A DNA stretch of 64,000 nucleotides from an uncultured archaeon (GCA_964342815.1 CAYFHS010000001.1:279107-343106); one strand, 5' to 3'; counted from the stretch's first letter, positions 9,642 to 18,991 are shown. Translations and numbers: made by a program. The notes: generated by a model from the sequence alone, not told the origin.

Positions 9642-12600
9642 GTGAAGATGAAAAGAATAATTGCGATTACGATAACCATGCTCTTTTTGGCCCAGGCATT
9701 CATAGGTATTCAGTTTGTTGTTAAAAGAATGGTCGAGGAAGAGAGTTCAGTTGATATCATTCCTACAGGGACCGATGCCACTGTTAGTCGCCCAAGGACC
9801 AGGGGGGCAGCGAATGAATCAGGTCCACTCGGAGGAAGTTGGTTCGATGATTTTGCAAACGAGAGCGGGATTGAGTGGAAGGATAATATTACGTTGATCG
9901 AGCGAGCCGTGAACAGCACTAATGGCACTCTCACTACAACTGAGATCGTGCTTCCAAATAATATGTTCTGGGATACACTTTCCATCGCTAAAAACCAGCC
10001 TGCGAGCACTTTCATCAACGTCTCTGTTATCAACAGCACATCGAATGAAACCATCCCTGGCTATGATAACCTTACAGCCCGTAATAAAGATATATCAAAT
10101 ATAAATGTAAGCTCAATACGCCTTAGAGCATGGTTCGAAGGTAATGGAAGTGCAACACCGACCCTTGGATCATGGGGAGTCGAATGGACCAAAGAGAATG
10201 CGTGGAGGGATAGTTATATTGGCGATGACAAATCTAACTTTTCTAACGCAACAATGGGGATCTATGTAAACGGGAGTACACAATTGGCGTATAATGAGCT
10301 TGTTGCGGGGTCGAATACTACTGCAATGTTGAATTTTAATGAAGGGTATGGTACTGTAGTGAATGATTCTAGCGGGAATGGGAATGATGGTGTTATTCAT
10401 GGTGCGAATTGGACGGAAGGGGTGGATGAGCAAGGGTTGAGGTTTGATGGTGATGATCATGTTGAAATCCCTGATAATCCTACTTTGGATATTACGGATA
10501 AAATCACCATTGAAGCGTGGATTTTGCCTGAAGTATCAAATGAAATTGATCCAGGTATAGTATATCATTACGATGGAAATGGATGGTATTTATTATTAAG
10601 GGAAGGAAACACATCTAATCCAAAACCTGCATTTTCAGGTAAAAATATAAATGAAGCAAAATCATCTGTTGGATTAACAATAGGTAAATGGAATTATATT
10701 GCAATCACTTATGATAGACAAAAAGTCCGAATATTTTTAAATGGAATACTTACAAATGATACAATCGAAACAGATGCTCTAACTCAAAGTTCTAGTCCAT
10801 TAACAATAGGAAGAGTCTCTCATGCAAATAACGCTTTTTTCACAGGGAAAATAGACAACGTAGCTGTATACGACCGTGCGCTTACTCCCTCCGAGATATT
10901 CAATCATTCCCAACGATATCACAAAATCGCATCCCTTTTATCTGAACCAATTTCTCTCCCCCAATATCATTCCTGGGACACTTTGGTCATCAACAAGACC
11001 GAGCCTGCAAACCATTACATCAACGTTTCCATCATCGACAACGCCACTAATCAAACAATCCCTGGTTTCTCAAATTTGAACGCTAGCGGTATCATCAACA
11101 TATCGTCTATCGATCCGCGCAACCACACCTCCATCCGTCTCAACGCCACTTTTGAAGGGAACGGCTCCGACACTCCTCTTCTCCACTCCTGGGCCGTGAA
11201 CTGGACAAATAAGCGTCCAGTACTTGGGGAACCGATGGGAGCAAGACCGGTAAACCGTACCGAGTCGGTAAACATCTCGTTTCGAGCCTCTGACTATGAA
11301 GAATACACGCCGAATCTTCAGTTTACCGCGCAGTTCAAATTGAACTCGGAACTTGAATGGAATAACGCCGACGCTAACGATATCGACTGGAATACCACCC
11401 ATTTCTTTTTCAATCTTACCCCGCCTGTGGATGCGGAATTGGGCTCATATGACATTAGGATTCGACTTAACGACTCTCTCAATGCATCCACGGGCTGGAA
11501 AGAATATCTCAGCAGTTTTAATGTGAAAAATAATATTCCAGTTTACGATGCTCTTTCCATTTCCGGTAACGAGGTAACCCGATCATATAACGTGACCATG
11601 ACCTTGCTTAACGTATCCGACGTGGAAATGGATTTTAACAATCTCAGCATCTCTTTCTATCACCGTCTTAACGGCACAATGAACTGGTCGGACGATTTTA
11701 TCTATTCGGTTATGAACCGTTATGACAATGAAACCGTTGAGTTCGTACCTGGTACCTCAAGTACTCTTGGTTATTATGACATTCTGGTCAGTATAAATGA
11801 CAACGATACTTTCACTAATACCACCTATCCGAACCTGATTCATGTAAAAAATAATCTACCGACCCTGGAAGACCTTTACATGGAATCCCAGGAAGCTCTT
11901 CGTTCCGGAGAATGTACTCTGGTACTGGATAAACTTGAAGATGTTGAAAAGGAAAGCATGGACCTTCAACTTTCAATGTACATAAGGGAAAACGGAACCT
12001 CCACCTGGGATGTTTTCGAGACAATTTATGATGATGAATTTGCAGGGAAACTTATGTACTCCTGCGTTTTCGATGCGGATGCCCTGCTGGGTCCGCGGGA
12101 TATCAGGATCAACATATCGGACGGCGACGACAACATAAGCTTCGTGTATGGAAATGTGGTAACAGTGACCAATAATTTACCGTCTATTTCCGCTAATTTT
12201 ACAAACCTTTCCCTAAGAGAAGATACTAGGAATTTTTCTCTAATTGGTCTCGGCACTGACGTGGAGGATGACGAGATGGATCTGACCTGGGCGTGGAATA
12301 TTTCCACGGTGAATTCCACATTGATCGACAATATCGCACTGGACGGTAGAAATCTCACCATCACTCCCGCTGCCGGAGCGAACGGTACCAATAAGGTTGA
12401 ATTCATTTTAACCGATACAGACGGTGATTCGACTTCAAAGCTGGTGGACATTAAAGTTACCCCTATTCCAATCGAGCTGTCCGCAATTCTCTTCTCACCA
12501 TTACATGAAGCCGTGATCAATACATCGAGTGTTATTCTAGAGTGGAAGCTGAAGGCAGTCGATACAGTTGCAGTTGTCACCTATGACATCTATTTTGGCG

Positions 12601-14810
12601 AAGATATTGGTGGAGTGATCAACCACAATGCCCTGTATCTTATTAACAGCACCACTTCGAAATCGTTAAGTGTGGACGGCCTCGAAAACGGGACGAAATA
12701 TTTCTGGACTGTTATTCCCCGCAACGCTACGGCCACAGGGATTTCAGATCCCCTCTATTATTGGTTCAAGGTGGAAATTTCACCTCCCGATGACAACAAT
12801 ACTGCTCCTACCGTGGAATTATTATCACCGACGAATGGCGCCGAATTTGACATAACTTCTGTTGAATTTCATTGGAAAGGGAATGATAAAGAAAACGATT
12901 CAATGACATATTCGATTTATATTTCAAAAAACCGAACCAATGTTAGTTCACTATCTGTTAGCGCCATCAAGGGAAATACAATTTTTAGTGTATATAGTTC
13001 GGTACTCGAAATTAATACGTTGTATTACTGGACTGTGATACCCAATGATGGAAAAATAGATGGTATATGTATTTCAGGAATTTGGAGTTTTACTACCGGT
13101 GACATCCCACCTCCGAGTGCTACGATAACGGCACATTCTACTCGAATCCTAGCAGGAGAAGAGGTGACATTTACCATTCATTATAATGAAACCCGGAGCA
13201 ATGGTACGGAATTTCTCGTTAACTTCTTCGACGGTTCAGCTAGTCCGTGGATCAAAGGCGGAACGGTCACACACGTTTATGAAAAAGCAGGGCAGTATCC
13301 GGTTTCACTCAGCGCCAGGATCGATGGTGTTGTTATCCCCATCCCTGGAGGCGTTACCATAACCGTTATAGATCCCAAAACTTTGGGATTGGAATTTATC
13401 CAACTCCCTTACGCAGGAGACGATCCAACCCCGATTTTGGGGAATATCACCGGTGTTAATTGGATATCGGATAATCTCACTTTAAGGGCAGAGGTGAACG
13501 GCAATTCTATTGATATAACTCCCGGGATTTCCTGGTCGGATGAAATTCCAAGTAAATATCTGAAAGAAGGTATCAATAACATTACCGTCAAGCTCTTTTT
13601 CAAGGGAACTCTCATTGATTCAGAAGAGCGTAATATTCCCGTTCCAGAAAAAACTGATGGGAACGGAGGCAAAGGAGGAATCTCACCCGGGATGTGGATC
13701 GGCCTGATAGTTATCATTCTTGTGGTCATCTGCGTGTTGTTCCTGCTTACAAGGAAGAAAAAGAAGGAAGAGGAAATCGAAGATTCCATTGTTACGAAAA
13801 TGCCGGAATACAAATGTCCCGAATGCGGAGAATCCGCTGAAAGAGAATCGGTCTCATGCGATCAGTGCGGTGCGGAGTTCGATGAACCGGTATTGGTAGG
13901 TGAAGAAGTACCGCCCGAAGAGATCCCGGTAGAAGAAGAGCCCGAAACAGAAGAGGATATTCCAGAAATCCCCACTGAGAAAACACCGGTACCCATGGAT
14001 ATACATCCCGCTGATGAGAGTCATACGTGCAAAATATGTTTCGGCGTGATAAAGACGGGCCTGCCTGTTCTAACTTGTAACTGCGGACAGCATTTCCATG
14101 AAGAATGCATAAAACGGGTGGGAGAATGCCCGGCGTGCAAAGCCGTTCCCGATCTGGGCATATCCGAAACCGGAATGCCTGAAATGGCACCTCCGGAAAT
14201 GCTTGACGAGGAAATGGCGGAACCATCATCACCCGATATACCCCCCGAAATACCACCCCAGGCACCTCCCATGGATTTACCCCCGGAAATGCCGCCCGCT
14301 GTACCGGAACCTATAACAACCCCGCCAGAAGTACCGGTTCCGGAAGAACCTCAAACCGCAGCCGAGGCCCCAGCTCCGTCAACAGGTGAACCCCCCGCTC
14401 CCCCAACGGTGGTGAGCGCGAATTCTCCTCCGCTGGATGATCGGCCTGTCCCGGCATCTATGGTGGTTCTTGATCAATCAGTTCAGTGCAGAATTTGTTT
14501 TGGCGTGGTAAAAACAGGACTTGAGGTTATACAGTGCTCGTGCGGTAAGATATATCATGCATCCTGCGGCATCAGGGTTGGGGAGTGCCCCTCCTGTTCC
14601 TACGATTACAAGGAATTCATAGACCAGGTGGACGAAGAGGTTCTAATCGAAAGTGTGAAAGATAGTATTGAGAGCGGTACCAGGGAGATAGATGTGAAGG
14701 TCGAAAAGCTGACAACGGACAATCTATTGATGCAGTTGAAAAAGCAGCTGGTGAACCGGGAGATATCCATTGATGAATTCTATGAAAAGAAAAAGGCGTT
14801 AATCGAATAA
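9642..14810 (+). CDS. Giant surface protein (1722 aa): LamG domain, Ig/FN3/PKD-like domains, TM helix, cytoplasmic zinc ribbon, Pro-rich linkers, two C4HC3 RING/PHD-like fingers, SHOCT-like end
   Basis: Signal MKRIIAITITMLFLAQA; LamG motifs FNEG.G..V.DSSGNGNDG and FTGKIDNVAVYDRALT; TM WIGLIVIILVVICVLFLL; two C-x2-C-x12-C-x-C-x4-H-x2-C-x6-C-x2-C motifs; C-terminal REISIDEFYEKKKALIE. Confidence 0.85.
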   Translation: MKMKRIIAITITMLFLAQAFIGIQFVVKRMVEEESSVDIIPTGTDATVSRPRTRGAANESGPLGGSWFDDFANESGIEWKDNITLIERAVNSTNGTLTTTEIVLPNNMFWDTLSIAKNQPASTFINVSVINSTSNETIPGYDNLTARNKDISNINVSSIRLRAWFEGNGSATPTLGSWGVEWTKENAWRDSYIGDDKSNFSNATMGIYVNGSTQLAYNELVAGSNTTAMLNFNEGYGTVVNDSSGNGNDGVIHGANWTEGVDEQGLRFDGDDHVEIPDNPTLDITDKITIEAWILPEVSNEIDPGIVYHYDGNGWYLLLREGNTSNPKPAFSGKNINEAKSSVGLTIGKWNYIAITYDRQKVRIFLNGILTNDTIETDALTQSSSPLTIGRVSHANNAFFTGKIDNVAVYDRALTPSEIFNHSQRYHKIASLLSEPISLPQYHSWDTLVINKTEPANHYINVSIIDNATNQTIPGFSNLNASGIINISSIDPRNHTSIRLNATFEGNGSDTPLLHSWAVNWTNKRPVLGEPMGARPVNRTESVNISFRASDYEEYTPNLQFTAQFKLNSELEWNNADANDIDWNTTHFFFNLTPPVDAELGSYDIRIRLNDSLNASTGWKEYLSSFNVKNNIPVYDALSISGNEVTRSYNVTMTLLNVSDVEMDFNNLSISFYHRLNGTMNWSDDFIYSVMNRYDNETVEFVPGTSSTLGYYDILVSINDNDTFTNTTYPNLIHVKNNLPTLEDLYMESQEALRSGECTLVLDKLEDVEKESMDLQLSMYIRENGTSTWDVFETIYDDEFAGKLMYSCVFDADALLGPRDIRINISDGDDNISFVYGNVVTVTNNLPSISANFTNLSLREDTRNFSLIGLGTDVEDDEMDLTWAWNISTVNSTLIDNIALDGRNLTITPAAGANGTNKVEFILTDTDGDSTSKLVDIKVTPIPIELSAILFSPLHEAVINTSSVILEWKLKAVDTVAVVTYDIYFGEDIGGVINHNALYLINSTTSKSLSVDGLENGTKYFWTVIPRNATATGISDPLYYWFKVEISPPDDNNTAPTVELLSPTNGAEFDITSVEFHWKGNDKENDSMTYSIYISKNRTNVSSLSVSAIKGNTIFSVYSSVLEINTLYYWTVIPNDGKIDGICISGIWSFTTGDIPPPSATITAHSTRILAGEEVTFTIHYNETRSNGTEFLVNFFDGSASPWIKGGTVTHVYEKAGQYPVSLSARIDGVVIPIPGGVTITVIDPKTLGLEFIQLPYAGDDPTPILGNITGVNWISDNLTLRAEVNGNSIDITPGISWSDEIPSKYLKEGINNITVKLFFKGTLIDSEERNIPVPEKTDGNGGKGGISPGMWIGLIVIILVVICVLFLLTRKKKKEEEIEDSIVTKMPEYKCPECGESAERESVSCDQCGAEFDEPVLVGEEVPPEEIPVEEEPETEEDIPEIPTEKTPVPMDIHPADESHTCKICFGVIKTGLPVLTCNCGQHFHEECIKRVGECPACKAVPDLGISETGMPEMAPPEMLDEEMAEPSSPDIPPEIPPQAPPMDLPPEMPPAVPEPITTPPEVPVPEEPQTAAEAPAPSTGEPPAPPTVVSANSPPLDDRPVPASMVVLDQSVQCRICFGVVKTGLEVIQCSCGKIYHASCGIRVGECPSCSYDYKEFIDQVDEEVLIESVKDSIESGTREIDVKVEKLTTDNLLMQLKKQLVNREISIDEFYEKKKALIE

Positions 14811-14899
14811 TTATTTTTAGAAAAGAAATGAGAGATGGCCGTTTGTAATCAGGTCCATCTCTCCGCTTCAAGTTGTTCAGATAAATTCAAAATAATACA

Positions 14900-17560
14900 T
14901 TAACGTCTGACTGACCGTTTCTTTCTTTTGAGTCTTATGGCGCGTACTTTCCGCTGGACTTCGGCCGCATGTACTTTCTCCTCGTTTTCGCCCCCGCTCT
15001 CCTCAGGTGATTCCAATTCATTGGAACATTCTTTGGCATGTTTCCGTTTCTTTGCCACCACTATGAATACGAAGAGTATCACTATCAGCATGATCACTAT
15101 CCCAACGGCAACGTAACTCTCGAGGCTGGGGCCGCTTTCCTGATAGTTATCAAGGTTTTCTTCGCCTTCCAATCCCTCATTGCTCTCATCTTCCTCGTTT
15201 TCTTCTTCTAGGGCATTGTTCACGAGTTCACGGAAGGGTTCCAGGTCAACTTCGTAACTATTGTCATCCATGAATTCCTGAATTTTCATATCGATGGCTT
15301 TTTCACTGCTGCCAAGGTCCATGAATTCTCCTTCCTCGGGTAATGCCATAAAGTTGGGGTCGAAATTCTCGGTCATTAATTTGATTTCGATATGTGTTTC
15401 CTGAGGTACGGGTCGGTCCTTTGGGTTATTTTTATCCATTACCGGGAATATATTGAAATTTTCTCTATAGGTAAGATAACCCTCTGCCTCTACAACTACA
15501 GTATATTCACCAGCCGGTATCTTCAATTTGAAATGCCCTTCTCGGTCGGTTTTGCTTGCAAAAACTTTGTTACGGGGTATTTCATCCCTCTTCTCCCTTT
15601 CTCGTTCCTCCTTGTGACGTTCCTCCTCCTTTTCCCTTTCCTCCTTATGCCGCTCTTTTTCCCTTTCTTCTTCCTCCTTGTGACGTTCCTCCCCCTTTTC
15701 CCTTTCCTCCTTATGCCGCTCTTTTTCCCTTTCTTCTTCCTCCTTGTGACGCTCTTCTTCCTTTTCTTGTTCCTCCTTTTCCCTGTTCTCATCTTTGGAG
15801 TCGCCGTCACCTCTTCTTGGATCATCCTGATTGTCCTCGTCAGCATCTTCCCAATTTTCATCATCCCATTCCTCATTCTCCCATTCCTCGTCCTCCCAAT
15901 CCTCGTCGTCCCATTCCTCGTCGTCCCATTCCTCGTCCTCCCAATCCTCGTCGTCCCATTCCTCGTCTCTCCACCCCATTCCCATCATCTCGAGATACCT
16001 TTCCATGCCAGGCAGCGGCATATGGAAATCCCAAGGAACGAAGGAAGCCTTTATGGTAATCGATTCCGGATTTCCATCGCTGTTGCGGTCGATATATACA
16101 TAATGTAGATCGATCCTGCCATCGCCCTCGAAATCAGCTTTTAAAAGCATTATCTCTGGATTTTCATCACTGTTCTTATCAATGTATTTGAATTCAATAA
16201 ATGGTCGATGATCACGCTCCGGTTTAGGTTTTTCCATACCTTCCCTTCGGAAAAACCTTACTTCAACACCTGGTACGGGTTTACCGTCAACCGCACCTAC
16301 GACCTTGCCCGTGACCAGTACCATCTTGGGTTCGACATGCTGTTCAAACGGTTTTAAGATAAATTCCACAAATGCGGTCTCATCCACATCTACATGAACC
16401 TCTTGGTGAACTTCATGGAATCCTTTGGCAAAAGCGTGTAAAAAGACCAATCCGCAGGGTACCTTTTCGAATACAAAGTGACCTCTCTCATCGGTGACAG
16501 CCTTCGATTCAAATTCATTGTTGTTCAAAGCATCGGGTTCTCTTCCCTCCGTTTTGAGGTGCACGACGACACCATTCAACGGTTCATTCTTCATCCCGTT
16601 GATCACTTTCCCCTCGATTCTACCGAAACCCTCATTGTGATGATCTTCTCCAACCAATACCAGTTCTATCTTGAACTCTCGGTGATCAAAGATCGCGAAT
16701 TCTCCTTCAGCTTTTCCGTGCTCGGGTGCCTTTGCAAAAACCATGTAGTGCCCCCACGGTACAACAAGCTCAGCAATGTTGTCCTTTTCCGTCTCCGCCG
16801 CGTAAAGCTCACCAGATTCAATATTCAGCATTTCCACATGTCCATTAAAAACCCTGGCATCGGACCTGGGTGAAAGTAAAACGACTTTTACTTCCACCAT
16901 CTTGTCATGATGCTCGAGAGGTATCAATTCAAACTTAATTTCGAACTGCTCCATATCCAAAAGATCAATTTTCATGTGACCGGGCTCATGGCCTTCCGAA
17001 TGAACTTTAATTTCATAAAAACCCTGGGGAACCGTGATCATTATGGGCTCGCCAGGTGGCGAATGACCCCTGTAAGCTTCCCCGGTTTCCGTGTTCATCA
17101 TTTCCGCTTCTGCTCGAACATGATCACCATTTGCAGAGATCGGCCATATCGAAACAACAACCTCCTTTACTGGTTTTTCTACAGGAACCAGAGAAGCGCT
17201 GATCCGATAGTTGGGTTCACCGCCAGTTGCATTTAACCTCTGTTTCATTTCCTCGTAACCTCTTTTCCAGATCCCCACCACCAGCATGGTTGGCCGAATT
17301 TGAAACCTTATTGTTCCGTTTCTATTTGTGAGACCTTCCTGGTGCCAAACCAGAGTACCGTTATTATCAGTAGTTCCAACGGCTACCTTTGCTTGGGCCA
17401 ATGGTATATTTCCATGATTGTCAAAAACGTGTACTGTCAAATGGCTGCCTTCATCTCTCGTGGCCGTACCCCAAACGGGCATTAGAGTGGTAATGGCTGC
17501 CGTAATCAGGATAAACAATGCTAGAAACGATATGCTTTTTCTCATGATACTTCGTGACAT
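14900..17560 (-). CDS. Membrane-anchored surface protein (886 aa) with carboxypeptidase-regulatory-like beta-sandwich repeats and low-complexity acidic/charged tracts
   Basis: Signal peptide; G.IEG.V........L.GV.V and TD..GHF.F..VP.G...L.A.AKGF patterns; WDDED/WEDEE and RHKEEEEREKE tracts; C-terminal TM YVAVGIVIMLIVILFVFIVV. Confidence 0.8.
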   Translation of the reverse strand: MSRSIMRKSISFLALFILITAAITTLMPVWGTATRDEGSHLTVHVFDNHGNIPLAQAKVAVGTTDNNGTLVWHQEGLTNRNGTIRFQIRPTMLVVGIWKRGYEEMKQRLNATGGEPNYRISASLVPVEKPVKEVVVSIWPISANGDHVRAEAEMMNTETGEAYRGHSPPGEPIMITVPQGFYEIKVHSEGHEPGHMKIDLLDMEQFEIKFELIPLEHHDKMVEVKVVLLSPRSDARVFNGHVEMLNIESGELYAAETEKDNIAELVVPWGHYMVFAKAPEHGKAEGEFAIFDHREFKIELVLVGEDHHNEGFGRIEGKVINGMKNEPLNGVVVHLKTEGREPDALNNNEFESKAVTDERGHFVFEKVPCGLVFLHAFAKGFHEVHQEVHVDVDETAFVEFILKPFEQHVEPKMVLVTGKVVGAVDGKPVPGVEVRFFRREGMEKPKPERDHRPFIEFKYIDKNSDENPEIMLLKADFEGDGRIDLHYVYIDRNSDGNPESITIKASFVPWDFHMPLPGMERYLEMMGMGWRDEEWDDEDWEDEEWDDEEWDDEDWEDEEWENEEWDDENWEDADEDNQDDPRRGDGDSKDENREKEEQEKEEERHKEEEEREKERHKEEREKGEERHKEEEEREKERHKEEREKEEERHKEEREREKRDEIPRNKVFASKTDREGHFKLKIPAGEYTVVVEAEGYLTYRENFNIFPVMDKNNPKDRPVPQETHIEIKLMTENFDPNFMALPEEGEFMDLGSSEKAIDMKIQEFMDDNSYEVDLEPFRELVNNALEEENEEDESNEGLEGEENLDNYQESGPSLESYVAVGIVIMLIVILFVFIVVAKKRKHAKECSNELESPEESGGENEEKVHAAEVQRKVRAIRLKRKKRSVRR
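15585..15975 (-). repeat. Intragenic coding repeats: 63-bp (21-aa) RHKEEEEREKERHKEEREKxEE units and 15-bp (5-aa) W-D/E-D/E-E-D/E units
   Basis: ccttgtgacgttcctc...ttatgccgctctttttccctttc is repeated about 63 bp apart; cccattcctcgtcgt/ccaatcctcgtcgt recurs with 15-bp period. Confidence 0.9.
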
Positions 17561-17696
17561 GTTACACCATCCTTAAAGTTTCATTACTTTTCAGATCGAT
17601 AGAGTTTTTTGATCAATTCGATATATAATCTGTTCCATTCTATATAAAGAATAGCGGTATATATGCAAAAAATATATCATTTATTGAAATGTGGGA

Positions 17697-18045
17697 TCCG
17701 TCTTCACTTGACAAGACGGAGGCTACTGGCCCTTCTTGGCATGTTAGAAGTGCCAGTATGGTACGTCTTTACTTGTAAAGTCAGGAACATTTGGACTGAC
17801 TTCTTGGTAAAGGTGTCCCGTACCGGGCCCTATTACTTGTTCAGCCAAGCCCATAGGTCTTGGCTTCTCAAGTACGATGTGCCAGAATGGGTCGGCTTTT
17901 CACGTAAAGCCAGGAACATTTGGACTGTCTTCTTGGTAAAGTTGAACCAGAATGGGACGGCTTTACACGTAAAGTCAGGCACATTTGGACTGACTTCTTG
18001 GTAAAGTTGAACCAGAATGGGACGGCTTTACACGACAAGTCACCA
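17697..18045 (+). repeat. Degenerate tandem array of about 5.5 x 65-bp palindrome-rich units
   Basis: Hairpin G(G/T)CTTTAC-NN-GTAAAG(T/C)C or variants at 17700, 17765, about 17830, 17894, 17959 and 18024. The units at 17904 and 17969 differ at only 3 of 65 positions. Confidence 0.9.
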
Positions 18046-18062
18046 CCTGTCCTGTGCGGTGA

Positions 18063-18322
18063 GTCCACTGCGTTCCGATGCCCGCGTTGCTTCGGTGAAT
18101 AGAAATTCACCTGCCTCCTCGGCCAACTAACTGTTGGCCGGGACCGAAACGTTCCCAAAAGGAATGTTTCCAGTATCGGAACATTACCCCCAGGATGCAT
18201 TGGAAATGCATCTTCTCTCGTAGCTTTGCTTTGCGAGGGTGTAGCAGAGCCCAGGGGGTCTGCATAGCAAAGCGGACACCCTCAGGAGCAAGCTCCTTAC
18301 GGGAGCCGCTAGGGTCACCTTC
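18063..18322 (+). ncRNA. Dispersed structured element, copy 1 (candidate ncRNA or non-autonomous mobile element)
   Basis: Reverse-complement homology to 63857-64000 (about 88% over about 130 bp by manual alignment, with a 43-bp identical core) and multiple hairpins. Confidence 0.65.
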
Positions 18323-18528
18323 ACCACACAATGAAAGCAAAACCGCATAATTATTATGTGATTTTAAAGAGATTATTTGGAACAATCGTCAGGGAGGGAA
18401 TAAAATTTGTCGGCAAGCCTGCGGCTGCTTATAATTATGATTTTAATACCGCATATATCATCGGCTGAAAATTATTATTCAATTACTTTTAAATATTTCA
18501 AAGGCCTTCTGGGGGTTTGGTGGAATTT

Positions 18529-18936
18529 ATGGACCATGTAGCTGAATATAATAGAAATCCTTTAAGTAAGATGGTCACAGGCACCAGGAAGGCTGCCGTA
18601 CATTTTCTTAAAAAAATGGAACCGCCCTTCGAGAGTATAGGTGAGGATGATACGCTATACATGACCACGAGGGATGGAATAACCATTGCGAAGGCCGAGG
18701 TTGAAAAGGTTGAGAACTTCAAGGATTTGGACCCCGAGAAGGCGAAACAGATTATCACCGAGCATAAGGATGAGATTTCGCCAACACAGATCATGCTCGA
18801 AAGAGATATTTACAGAAAGTATCTTACCATCATATGGTTAAAGAACCTTCAGGAGATGGCCCCTTTTACAATATCTCCGAAATATAAACACCAGCATTGG
18901 GTATCAGTGGAAGATATAAACAAAATACGACGTTAA
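18529..18936 (+). CDS. ASCH/PUA-like domain protein
   Basis: MDHVA...L.K..TG.R....F.K...PF..I...D.LY......IAKAEVEKVENF resembles the ASCH core; MDHVA (18529) is preferred over the tracked start at 18517. Confidence 0.6.
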   Translation: MDHVAEYNRNPLSKMVTGTRKAAVHFLKKMEPPFESIGEDDTLYMTTRDGITIAKAEVEKVENFKDLDPEKAKQIITEHKDEISPTQIMLERDIYRKYLTIIWLKNLQEMAPFTISPKYKHQHWVSVEDINKIRR

Positions 18937-18991
18937 TCCACAAATTGTTACAACCGGTATGCAAAAGAATTTTAAGACCTTGTAGTTTTTA

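Noticed and set aside
14830-14863. 9-bp stem between convergent genes
   Set aside because: Adequately explained as an ordinary 3'-end or terminator structure.
17945-18025. HDV-like ribozyme, suggested by GAATGGGAC resembling the HDV 3' end
   Set aside because: There is no upstream GTCCCA partner for P2 on the same strand, and I could not build the nested double pseudoknot.
17697-18045. CRISPR- or TIGR-like guide array
   Set aside because: Variable segments are homologous to each other rather than unique, and no Cas or Nop-domain gene is nearby.
17663-18102. ORFs 17663-18004 and 17920-18102 as real genes
   Set aside because: The 65-bp period shifts frame between units, so the peptide repeats are a by-product of the DNA repeat.
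18050-18330. Group II intron remnant (GTGCG at 18055, GAGCCG at 18303)
   Set aside because: No domain V hairpin can be formed after GAGCCG, and there is no RT/maturase.
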